Assembly: GCF_006345805.1 (NCBI RefSeq)
Contig: NC_042999.1
Span: forward strand, 132,618,001-132,682,000
DNA from: Octopus sinensis
Taxonomy: Eukaryota
Reading direction: 5' to 3'
DNA: 64,000 nucleotides
The notes below the pieces were generated by a model. That model saw nothing but the letters and a program-made list of their open reading frames with translations. It did no database searches and was not told the origin of the DNA. Every line of letters starts with the position of its first letter. The stretch's first letter is position 1. Below are positions 14,241-26,390 of the stretch, piece after piece. The position numbers and the translations under genes were made by a program.

Positions 14241-14856
14241 TCAAAGATATTTGATTTAATAAGTCCTAAAGGAGAACAAAATTTAATCCAAATTACATGT
14301 TTTGAGTAGAGGTGCAGCACTTATTCTTCACTGAGACACCAACGTATGTCATAGGAATGTGCTACCTTATCCAAGAGTTTCTATGTAGAGAATATGTTTG
14401 ACATGAAAACATTTCTTGAACTTCGCAGCAATTAGAATATTCATGAGACTCGTAATAAATCTTCTCATCTTTAGTCTATAGAAGTGATCTATATCTCCAG
14501 TCTTGCCACTAGAATTAAATATTTTTATTTATTACATATAGCTGTTTATTACGGAGACATTTACATTTATCTTCTTTTGATATTTCATATACATTTATGA
14601 CACACACACCACACCTACACACACACACACACACGCATACACACACACACACACACACCACACACACACACACACACATACACACACAAATATACGACAT
14701 TCGTTATACAAAGAGCGGTATACAATCGCAAATCAACAGCCAAGACATATATTGAAATGAATATGAATTACACTTATTTCGTACTTGTTTCCGAGTTTCG
14801 GCAAGGTGTCGCCCTGCTTCGTTAGAGAGATGGGAAGGATGGGCTAGATTTGGCGC

Positions 14857-14912
<56 letters not shown>

Positions 14913-15479
14913 CATATATATATACGTTGTTGTTCGAGAAAATACCTCCTTGTAGTTGGAAGAAGTTGCTACTTTCGCGTTGTGCGATTGGAAAACTACC
15001 AAAATCTTTTCGAGCCACATGATGTGAGGAACAGCTAAAATTATCCTCTTTCTTTGTACACATTTCAGTGTTCAGTAAAAGGTATCCGCATGCAATTGAA
15101 ATCAGAATTAAACTTAAATTCAAATCTACACGAAGCTTATATAAATAAATAAGTATGGAAATAGAGTATTATTTAATCCGACATGTTCCGTCTATTTTAC
15201 TAAAAACAAAGTTGTCAATGCAATATGTTAATAGGACTAAAGGAGCGATCTGGGAGAATAATTACCGTGCCGGATAAATTATTTCTTCTGGTTTGATTTC
15301 AAATGTCACCAAAATCAACTTTGCTTTTCATCCTTTCGGAGTCGATGAGAAAAATACCAGTTAAGTGCTAGGTTCGATGTAATCGACTAATCTCCGCCCT
15401 GCTCTCAAATTTCAGGTCTTGTTCCTATAGTAGGAAGTAGTACTATGGGGGATGGAGCATGTGCTGTAATTGCTCGTCA

Positions 15480-15775
15480 CTGCCTCCACCATTTGTTGTT
15501 GATTCCCCAATGATGACACCTCTGCACCCCTCAGGCCACAACCCTGCAACCCATGGGTCAGTCATTGCTGGTGAGGGTTTTACCAGGTCGGAGTGCAAAT
15601 CCTATCTCAACCTCTTTCCATCGCAGAGGAAACGTAGGGTACATTGTATGACATGCCATTCCCGACACAGCAGCACTAGAATCGAAGTGTTTTGGTCAAG
15701 AACACAACACGCTGCCCGGTCTGGTAATCGAACCCAAGATCGTACGAAGACGAGAGCAATACCCTAAACACTTGT
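15480..15775 (-). mobile_element. tRNA-derived SINE (family C head), degenerate
   Basis: gtgttttggtcaagaacacaacacgctgcccggtctggtaatcgaaccc matches the minus-strand head at 42350-42450. Confidence 0.6.
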
Positions 15776-16068
15776 AGGCGTGACGTCACAGTCGAAAGGA
15801 TTATTCGTAATAGGAGTAGTATTTTTGCTGTAAGAAGAAATTTCGAATTATGATTTTCCGTTCACTGCTATAAGTGAGTAGCTGGGAGTGGGTTCCTAGG
15901 AATAGTTTGCTTTGGAAGAGAAGTGGGCATTGGACTTACACCAGTTCACTATATATATATATATAGGAGAGAAAAAATCAAAAGAAAAAGACAGGTGGTG
16001 TAGACCACAGAATGAAACAAGGAGAGAAAATAAAGAATGTGTGGTGGTGGCTAGCGATCTGTCTTGGC

Positions 16069-16108
<40 letters not shown>

Positions 16109-16500
16109 TAAATTAAATATAGAGATATTCTATTGACAATTCAATAATTTATATATATTACAATATTACATTAGATACTATGAATATAATATATAACATA
16201 ACATAATATTACATAAATAATTATAAAAACCGTAAAAATCGAACAACTTATATATGTATTTCCTGATATACACAATCACACTTCCATTATATATAAATCA
16301 CTTCAGTGTCCTTGGTATTTTGGTTATCGCATTTACAGTCTTATTTCTATTTTAGCAATAATTACAGAATTCTCCCTTCGATAGATTAAGTAAACGAAGA
16401 GAGAAATTTTCATTAGGTTTCTATTTATATCTACTACGGATTTATCACTCCGAGAAAATAATAAACACAGATTATTATTAGTTAACTTAAACAATACATA

Positions 16501-16660
16501 GGCGTGGGAGTGGCTGTGTAGTAAGTAGCTTGCTTACTAACCACATGGTTCCGGGTTCAGTCCCACTGCGTGGCACCTTGGGCAAGTGTCTTCTACTATA
16601 GCTTCGGGCCGACTAAAGCCTTGTAAGTGGATTTGGTAGACGGAAACTGAAAGAAGTCTG

Positions 16661-16732
<72 letters not shown>

Positions 16733-16913
16733 TATACAACCGATGCTTGTGTGTTTACGTCTCCGTAATCTAGCGGTTCGGCTAAAGAGACCGATAGAAT
16801 AAGTACTAGGCTTACAAAGAATAAGTCCTGGGGTTGATTTGCTCGACTAATGGCGGTGCTTCAGCATGGCTACAGTCAAATGGCTGAAACAAGTAAAAGA
16901 GTAAAAGAGTAAA
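16501..16913 (+). mobile_element. SINE family A, full length
   Basis: ggcgtgggagtggctgtgtagtaagtagc...ggttcagtcccactgcgtggcaccttgggcaagtg...; tail (gtaaaaga)n. Confidence 0.9.
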
Positions 16914-17474
16914 TACATTTTTTATACCAACTAATTTAAATAGATAAAAGAGTTGTTACATTGAAGATGTTATTGTTTATTTATTTTTCGTTGCAGTTAC
17001 AAATGGGAGAAAAATTAGATACTTAATTATATACATTTATATACACGCATATATTATTATTGTATGTTGTGATGACAATAGACTGTCTTGGACATCAAAG
17101 GGTTTCAATTGGTTTGTATTTGAGACATAATGAAGCGAATTTCGGTGGTTGTGGATTGCACTTTTACTTGATTGTATCGTCCGTTAAAGTGATTTTGTTG
17201 TTTTTTAATTGTAATTGACGTAAGATTAAACTGTCAACGTTCACACTCATAACAGATATTTGAATTAATTTTTACAATCCAGCCGTCCTTTCACACGGGA
17301 TTTCGTCTTTCTAAACCAAGGACCCTGAGGTGATTTATATATAATGGAACTGTGATTATATATATCAGGGAAAATAATGTAAGTCGAAACAAATTGTTGG
17401 CCTTTTAAGGTTTTTATAATTATTCATATAATATTATGTTATATTCATAGTGTTTAATGTAATATTGTAATATA

Positions 17475-17637
17475 GGCGCAGGAGTGGCTGTGTGGTAAGT
17501 AGCTTGCTAACCAGCCACATGGTTCCGGGTTCAATCCCACTGCGTGGCATCTTGGGCAAGTGTCTTCTGCTATAGCCCCGGGCCGACCAATGCCTTGTGA
17601 GTGGATTTGGTAGACGGAAACTGAAAGAAGCCTGTCG

Positions 17638-17674
<37 letters not shown>

Positions 17675-17893
17675 CTGTGTTTGTGTGTCTGTGTTTGTCC
17701 CCCTAGCATTGCTTGACAAGCGATGCTGGTGTGTTTATGTCCCCGTCACTTAGCGGTTCGGCAAAAGAGACCGATAGAATAAGTACTGGGCTTACAAAGA
17801 ATAAGTCCCGGGGTCGAGTTGCTCGACTAAAGGTGGTGCTCCAGCATGGCCGCAGTCAAATGACTGAAACAAGTAAAAGAGTAAAAGAGTAAA
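17475..17893 (+). mobile_element. SINE family A, full length
   Basis: Highly similar to the 16501 copy, with the same head, body and (gtaaaaga)n tail. Confidence 0.9.
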
Positions 17894-18049
17894 TATGAAT
17901 AAATTATTGAATTGTTAATAGAATATCTCTATATTTAATTTAGCTTTATTATTGAATTATACCGATATTTATATGGTATCCAACTGAAGTACCAGTGAAT
18001 TGGATGTTTAACACACCCTTTTGAAGGATTTCCTTTCTTTTGTCTGTTA

Positions 18050-18128
<79 letters not shown>

Positions 18129-18132
18129 CACA

Positions 18133-19100
18133 CAGGCTGCGATGGGTAAATTGTCACCGATATATATATATATATATAGATATATATATATATATCCTTA
18201 ATTTCGCGAATGCGCCTTGTTTATTTTTGATTTTGTCGATTACACAGTATAATAGGGTCAGTTGGGCACCGCCTGTAAGAAAAATATGACCATGATGCAA
18301 TTCACTCTGCCAGAAATTTGGAAACGACATGCTGCACTGCTTGGCACTCGCGCCGGAAGCTCCAATATGAATATTTTGGTGTGTTTGGGTGTCAATCTGA
18401 GGACACGTACCGAGAGTGACAAAAATCAAACATCCAGTCAACATCATGGTGTTTGGAGTGATCACTAATGATGGTGCCGTTATAATACCATTCATTTTCC
18501 CACATGGCCTCAGACTCAACACAGAGGCCTACATCAAGTGTCTGGGTGACGTAGTGCTGCCCTGGGTCAAGAGGGTGGCTGCTGGAAGATCCTATGTCTA
18601 GCAACTGGACTCTGCACCATGCCACGCAAGCAGAAGAACCAAGTCATCGATGTCAGACAATTTCTGCGACCACATCACCCCTTAAATCTGGCTCACTAAC
18701 TCCCCAGTCTGCAACTCCCTTGATTATTATGTGTAGGGCGCAGTTGAGCGAGAGACCAACAAAACTCCTTGTAACATCAAAGATAAACTAAAGGCAAGTA
18801 TTATGGCAGCATTCATTTGATTTTTGTCACTCTCGGTAAATGTCCTCAGATTGCACTGTCCTTGGATTGATACCCAATCTTTCCAAAATATTCGTATTGG
18901 AGCTTCCAGCATTGAATGCCGAGCAGTACAGCATGTCGTTTCCAAATTTCTGGCAGAGTGAATTACATCATGGTCATATTTTTCTCACAGACGGTGCCCA
19001 AGTAACTCTACGATACTGTGTAATTGACAAAATAAAAAATAATCAAGGCGCATGCGCGAAATTAGAAATATATAGTGGCGACAATTTACCCATCACGCTG
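18133..19100 (+). mobile_element. DD37D (maT-type) Tc1/mariner derivative with ~290-bp inverted arms
   Basis: Termini caggctgcgatgggtaaattgtcacc / ggcgacaatttacccatcacgctg|TA; centre translates KHPVNIMVFG...QLDSAPCH...SPVCNSLDYY with 37 residues between the last two Asp (counted through one stop). Confidence 0.85.
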
Positions 19101-19572
19101 TATATTAACTGCAGTCTTTCGTTCGCATTTGAAAATCTATGCATGAATGTATGAATGTTTGTGTGTGCGTGTGTGCGTGTGTGTGCATATACACGCACAG
19201 ATACATATATTGTGCAAGTATTTATGTATGAATGTATCTATCAGTCTGTCTATCTATCTCTCTATCTATCTACTTGTCTGTCTATCTTTCTATCAATCTA
19301 TCAGTCCATGTATTATGTGTGTGTGAGTGTGCATTTATATGCAAACACATACACATTATTGTATGTAAGTCATGTGAATCGTAGGTAAGTCATATAAATT
19401 ATAGTTTAATTGTAGGTAAGTCATGTAAGTAATAGTTTAATCGAGCGGGTTACTAATCGACTAAATCGTGATTTCGCACCTATAAAGCTCTGAAAAAAAA
19501 TGGCCCAAAACTCACCACCTATAAACATAAGCCCTAAATAATTTAATAAGTACTATATCCGTCGCGTTTACT

Positions 19573-19605
<33 letters not shown>

Positions 19606-19645
19606 CACACAAACACTCACACAAACATACACACACACATATATA

Positions 19646-20074
19646 TTCTTCTATCCTTTTGTTTGTTTCAATCATTTGACTGCAGCCATGCTGGAGTACC
19701 GCCTTTAGTCCAACAAATCGACCCCAGGACTTATTCTTTGTAAGTCTAGTATCGGCGCTTTTTGCCGAACCGCTAAGTTTCGGGGACGTAAATACATAAG
19801 CATCGGTTGTCAAGCGATATCGGAGGGGACAAACACAGACACACCAACAGACAAACATATACGCTCGCGCGCGCACACTCTCGCATGCACACACACACAC
19901 ATATATATATATATGACGAGCTTCTTTCAATTTCAGTCTACCAAATCTACTCAGAAGGCTTTGGTCAGCCCGAGGCTATAGTAGAAGACACTTGCCCAAG
20001 GTGCCACGCAGTGGGATTGAACCCGGAACCCTGTGGTTGGTAAGCAAGCTAGTTACAACATAGCCACTCCTGCG

Positions 20075-20076
<2 letters not shown>
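19646..20076 (-). mobile_element. SINE family A, full length
   Basis: Reverse complement of the 17475 copy. Confidence 0.9.
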
Positions 20077-20128
<52 letters not shown>

Positions 20129-21105
20129 ATATATTTTAACAATTGAGGATAAAATCTTTAAAATGATGTGTTTTGAAGTTTTGCTTTCGGTAAAATTTTG
20201 TTTATTTTTAGTAGTTTTGACCGCATTGGTCCCTCTTAGCGTGTTGGTATCTACGAATAGTAGTACCCTCAATATAATATAAAATATATATATATATATA
20301 TATATGTACTTATGTACATAAGTACATACGTACACAGAGGAAGGATGCTCCAGCTTGCTTTTATATAACATGGTTACAATAAACTAAAGAACACCCCAAA
20401 ACTATATCTAAAATGTAATAAAGGTGAATAATCTGTTATATTCAGACCATTATGATTTTGAATTTCTTGTAATGACTGTGTAAGATTCAAATGTTTCTAT
20501 AAAGAGAATATTTGATGTAAATTTAAATTGTGATGTAAATTTGTAATTCATTTTTAACTTCGCTTTGTCAGTTTATGAATTCATTCTGCCTTGCAGTATA
20601 TCTTCTCTGTATTATGTAATGGCGCATTTTATCTGTTATTTGTCATATACACAAGTTTATCTACATTTATCTATATCTATCTACATTTATTTTACATTAA
20701 TCACGCCTTCGTCTTTCTTCAATGGGAAATACCATCTAAAGTGTTGTAGCACAGTAGTTTAAGTAGAGAGAATTCAAATAAGAATTGTAGAACTAAGTCC
20801 TGAATTAATCCAGCAACGATATTAAATAATTTTATTCATTAGAATTGTTTATTGAATTGCTTTAATACATTGAAATTTTACTACGAAATTTTTCCTCTAA
20901 AACAAATAGGTGCAGACCTTAAACCTATAAATTAGCTTCTCTAAATGAAGTCCCCATAGACAAATATCGAACGGGGGTTAAAAGGCGAGTTATTAATGTT
21001 ACGGATAAATAAAGCTCAACAAATAAGAAGATTCTTGCCAAAGTATATTGCAATGTAAAGAATTATCATTTGTTTTCCATAATTTTTTTGACGTGATGAT
21101 ATACA

Positions 21106-21167
<62 letters not shown>

Positions 21168-21168
<1 letters not shown>

Positions 21169-21663
21169 TAGCAGTATCGCCCGGCGTTGCTCGGGTTTGT
21201 AAGGGAAATAACTATATAAGCATTTTTAGAGAGTTACTTTCCTTATAGATGCCAATTCGGGCTTTCTTAGCCATTTCTGTTTTGGTGTCTTCAAGCCATG
21301 AAGTCGTTGTTCTAAAAGAACGCTGGTCTCCTTGACAACGCTTTACGACGTTGATTTCCTTACACTCCCTTCCCCACAGCTGCACGAGGGAGGGAAGAAG
21401 GGGGAGAAGCAACAGGTGCAGGTGTGACCATGTACGCCAACTCCGCCGCCATCGACACACGAAAAATTATGCATTAAAATGGAATAAAAAATGATGTTAA
21501 ATTATTTTTAAAATCGTAGACTCATCGTAGACGCGCGCTAATACTCAGACGGGCTCGATATGAATCACGACTATAAGATACCCGAATTTGGTTAAACTGC
21601 ACCGCAAAATGTGGGAGTAGTTAGGAATCTAAATCGAAGGGGACAGACACTCACACAACTACA

Positions 21664-21700
<37 letters not shown>
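21168..21700 (-). mobile_element. Non-autonomous Helitron
   Basis: Minus-strand 3' end is CCCGAGCAACGCCGGG hairpin + 8 nt + CTAG followed by T, embedded in (TA)n; the 5' TC is not resolved within the (TA)n. Confidence 0.7.
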
Positions 21701-21709
<9 letters not shown>

Positions 21710-21954
21710 GAAAGAGAGAGGATGAGGGAGAAGGAGAGTGAGAGAGAGAGAGAGAGAGAGTTTGGCGTGTATGGGAGATAACTTTGGAGTGCAGTATTTG
21801 AAGTTAACGTAAAGGTTCCGGGTGTTGCTATTATTGTAGTTTGAAGCTACAACAAGGGAAATACCTTAAAAGCTGCATAGACTCTTAACTAGATGAACAA
21901 ACTGGATGCAAATTCAAATCACGTTGCGAGATATCCATGTAGCAGAAACAGATG

Positions 21955-22433
21955 TTGGACAAAAGAGAAAATGTGGGTAGGAGTGAAGAGAGGAAGTAGG
22001 TGTTAGAGGAAGAGAGAAGAGGCGAGGTGGGTAAGAGTGAAGAGAGGAAGTAGGTGTCAGGATAAGAGAGGAGGGGAGTTAGATGAAAAAAGGAGGGGAG
22101 TTGACCTATATGGCGCAAAGGAGCGAAGAGAAGATTAATTTATGTTCACGGCGAAGGCGGGAGTCCGGATGGCCTCTGTGCAAAGACAATTCGAACACAG
22201 ACAGGTGTTGTAGTAAATAATCGGTAGGGCAGAAATGGCGCGAGACTGGGGTGTCATTGCCGAGTTTGATGTCACGGAGGTGCTTCGCGAACCGGTCAGC
22301 CAAACAGGATCCCGTTTGACTGATGTACAGCGAAGGGCAGAAAGAGCAGGAGATGCAGTAAATGACGTTGCTAGAAGTGCAGGTAAAGGGGTCGGTGATA
22401 TGATAGGGAAGATGACGTTGAAGAGGTAGGGGC

Positions 22434-22486
<53 letters not shown>

Positions 22487-23030
22487 AATGTATATATATA
22501 TATATCAATGGAACAAAAACGCAATAGAGGGCATTAAAACGTTCGGACAGGAGAGAAACAACAATTAGAAGGACAAGCAAAAAAAGACGGGTCCTTCGTG
22601 GCTTTCTTTCCTCAGTCAAGTTCCAGAAGTCACGACCATTTCGGGCAGTTACACTTGAGATGGTTCGATCTGGTTGCCCCCCCCCCCAAAAAAAAAGTAT
22701 AAGCTAAGAGCATTAGACCCCTCTGTAAGAAACCTAGCGAATGTGTACGGCAACAAAGACAAAAAACAAACAAACAAACAAAAAAACGGAGAACGTGGTA
22801 CACAGTTACGAATACAAGCAGCAAGAAATAACAACAGGTATCGTTTGACTGAGAACGAATCAAATTGAGCTGGCGTGTATGAAGTGAAAGCCTAAAGGCA
22901 GGAACATGGGAGATGGACATAAGAGATGTTGGCGGTTGGTAGTCAGGCCAAGAAAGAAAGATCATGGCTGGCCGGGCACAAGTCACGTAGAAGGAGGAGA
23001 GATGGGAAGGGGACAGCGGGATTGGAGGAT

Positions 23031-23062
<32 letters not shown>

Positions 23063-23225
23063 ACGGGAAGGTTTACGAAAATAAAAGACGAAGGCAGGTG
23101 GAGTACAAACAAACAAATGTATTAGTATGGCGCTCAGGAATAGAAATAGAAGTCTTTTACGTTTCGAGCCTACGCTTTTCGACAGAAAGATACACAGAAA
23201 AGAAACAAGGAGAGAAATGTATAAA
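21955..23225 (-). mobile_element. Penelope-like element fragment (pLTR - GIY-YIG endonuclease C-terminus - pLTR)
   Basis: ORF 22106-22483 FTCTSSNVIYCISCSFCPSLYISQTGSCLADRFAKHLRDIK is the PLE GIY-YIG motif; upstream terminal repeat carries a minimal hammerhead at 23153-23190. Confidence 0.85.
23153..23190 (-). ncRNA. PLE-type minimal hammerhead ribozyme (atypical A6U core)
   Basis: TCTTT CTGTCGA A AAGC GTAG GCTC GAA ACGT A AAAGA: 5-bp stem I, short stem II, palindromic ACGT stem III, GUA triplet. Confidence 0.6.
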
Positions 23226-23233
23226 TATATATA

Positions 23234-23330
<97 letters not shown>

Positions 23331-23580
23331 GTGGAGGTGCGTGGTTAGACTGTCGCACTCACGATCGCTAGATCATGGGTTCTATTCCAAGACCGAGCGG
23401 TGCGTTGTGTTCCTGAGCAAATCACTTCATTTCTCGTTGCTCTAATCCTCCGTTTCGATCAGCGAGGAGTGTTCGCCTGGTCGCCAAGCCACCGGTGTGG
23501 CGTCATTTGAAGGCTAAAACAATACAAAGGCACATTGTGACCAGCGATGTTTAACAACATCTGATAGCTTGGTCGGTCAC
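23331..23580 (+). mobile_element. tRNA-derived SINE family C
   Basis: gtggaggtgcgtggttagactgtcgcactcacgatcg...ggttctattcc...gtgttcctgagcaaatcacttcatttc. Confidence 0.75.
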
Positions 23581-23989
23581 ACACATATATATTTATATAT
23601 GTGTGTGCATTGATTTAATGAGGCGCAGTTGAATAGATCAAGGCAGATCAAAGTTAAACCCGCCAGGTACGATGGCTAGGCTGCATATCGCAAATCAACA
23701 GATAAAAAAATTCATTTAGTTAACGAAGGAGGCACCAATAAATTATTTTTGGTATTTGATATTCCGCAAATCGAAGAGTATGCAAATTTAAGCACGATGC
23801 AATATAATAATAAAACAGATGAATAGATTTTATGGTATAACTACAAATGTTTCATTATGAAGTAGTCATGTATAGGTGTGATTCTGCTTCTTCAGCTCTG
23901 ATATTTTCTACCTGACTTCTCAATATATTCAAAGAGATTTTGAACATTGCTACTCTGGCTGATGGTACGGTAATTCTGACATGATTGGA

Positions 23990-25060
23990 GACGAGCTCGG
24001 GGCGAACCTGGACATCGACGAGGAGTACCTGACCCGCCTGTTCAGGACGACTTTCGGGCCAGGGCCCATGGACAACTTCCAGAGATCCCTGGCCTGGCAG
24101 TGCTACCGAGAAGCGCTACCCGTTCGGGATAAGCTCTACAGACACGGCTCGAGAAACACAGGGCCGACCTGCCCGAGATGCGGTCAGAGCGACGAAACCG
24201 TTCTGCACTCACTCGTGCAGTGTCCAACAATTTCCGACGTGTGGGCTTATGTCGAACAATTGCTGTCACGTGTGGGACGAGTCGGTTTATCAGCTGAGTC
24301 TATCGTCAATATTGTCACGCCTCCTTCCTTCAAACGGGAAGGAAGAGCTATTTTCATCATCCTTGTGGCTATGGCGAAAGAATGTATCTGGTGGACGCGT
24401 CTGAAAGGATTGGAGACAAACACTTTCCTCTCTGGTCAATCTCTCATCAACTTCTTCAAGTACCACTTGAAAAGGAAAGTGAGAGTAGAGAGGCAAGTTT
24501 TGTCTAGCGAATGTTTTAAAAATAGATGGGTGAATGTAGCAAGGATGGCACGTATGAATGACGAAGCCACCTTGAGCATAATCCTATGAACCCAGAAATT
24601 GAAAACAGAGGGTTACCCACTTGCAAACAAATGTGGTAACATATAACAATATTGACCAAGGTTACCGTGGTCTTTTTCGTAGGCTTTTCTTCCCACGGAT
24701 AAACCTTACTTGCTTTCCCCTTTACACCATATATCATAACACTGTGATACACGATCCCTATTGATCGTTTTCTTTTTTTCCTCTTCCCCTTTTTTCCCCT
24801 TTTTTCTTCTTTTTTCATTTCTCTTTCCTTTTGTTCCTTTTCCTTTTCTTTTTTTTCTTTTTATTCTTTTTATTTTATTCAATTTTTTTTTGTTTTTTGT
24901 TTTTGTTCTTTTCTTCCCTTTTACGATCCCTCTTGATCGAAAACCTACGCCACCCCCTTCTTTTCTTTTGTTTTTTGTTCTCTTCATCCCCCAAAAGAAA
25001 AGCTCTACCTTGTAACTTGTCCCATCTGTGTGCAGCCCTGTGTGGCCAATAAAGAAACTT
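23990..25060 (+). mobile_element. Tx1-clade L1 retrotransposon, 5'-truncated copy T1
   Basis: ORF 23981-24589 with WQCYREALPVRDKL...CPRCGQSDETVLHSLVQCP zinc knuckle; U-rich 3' UTR; ends ggccAATAAAgaaactt then (ATCT)5. Confidence 0.92.
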
Positions 25061-25080
25061 ATCTATCTATCTATCTATCT

Positions 25081-25729
25081 AAGAATGTATCTGGTGGACG
25101 CGTCTGAAAGCATTGGAGACAAAAACTTTCCTCTCTGGTCAATCTCTCATCAACTTCTTCAAGTATCACTTGAAAAGGAAAGTGAGAGTAGAGAGACAAG
25201 TTTTGTCTAGCGAATGTTTTAAAAAAAGATGGGTGAATGTAGCAAGGATGGCACGTATGAATGACGGAGCCACCTTGAGTATAATCCTATGAACCCAGAA
25301 ATTGAAAACAGAGGGTTACCCACTTGCAAACAAATGTGTTAACATGTGACGTTATTGACCGAGGTTACCCTGTTCTTTTCCATAGGCTTTTCTTTCCACG
25401 GATAAACCTTATCTTTTTCCCCCTTTACACTTTACATCATGACATTTCTGTGATACACGATCCCTATTGATCGTTTTTTCCTCTTCCCCTTTTTTCCTCT
25501 TTTTTCTTCTTTTTTCCTTTTTCTTTTCTTTTGTTTCTTTTCCTTTTTCTCCTTTTTTCTTCTTTTTTTTCTTTTTTCCCTTTTACGATCCCTTTTGATC
25601 GAAAACCTACGCCACTTTTTTTTGTTTCTTTTGTTTTTTGTTTTTTGTTTTTTTCATCCCCAAAAGAAAAGCTCTACCTTGAAATTTGTCCCATCTGTGA
25701 GCAGCCCTGTGTGGCCAATAAAGAAACTT
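25081..25729 (+). mobile_element. Tx1 copy T2, tandem with T1
   Basis: Starts aagaatgtatctggtgg directly after the (ATCT)5 of T1; ends AATAAAgaaactt-atctatct. Confidence 0.92.
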
Positions 25730-26259
25730 ATCTATCTACCTTTCTCTTCACATATCTGTTCATTTATCTTACTACCTAACTACCTTAGAAAAAAAAACAC
25801 TAGTCTTCTCGGCATTATCGTTTTTCTAACTGAAAACAAATTATGACACCCGAGCTGCTTTTCATAAATCAACCCGGACAGTTGGTGACTAAGTAAAGCA
25901 GTTAAAAGTTTCTGAGGAATATGTGATAATCATAAATTTACATGGCTTTCTTCTTTTGCATTTATTGTCAGTGAATGTTATATTTTTTAATGTGTATTTT
26001 CTATAGAATTACTATTTAAAAAAAATCTATTTTTGGTATTATATGTTGGATTAGTATGTGCAAAATACATACATACAATTATATGTATATGTATGTATAC
26101 ATGTGTGTATGCGTGTGTATGTGTGTGTTTGTGTACGCGTGCTTGTGTCTATGTATGTATGTGTGTGTGTGCATTTGTGTGTGTGTATGTATGACGAGAT
26201 AGACATTGTAGTGAGAATGCTAAAGTGAAGATAACAACGGGCATACATACAGATGGGCT

Positions 26260-26320
<61 letters not shown>

Positions 26321-26344
26321 GTAGGTAGGTAGGTAGTAGGTAGG

Positions 26345-26390
<46 letters not shown>

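Noticed and set aside
22585-22620. CTGAGGA...CGAAGG hammerhead-like motif (minus), plus similar motifs at 23845-23898, 43770-43805 and 44110-44165
   Set aside because: Core or stems are broken; at best decayed PLE hammerheads, not callable as ribozymes.
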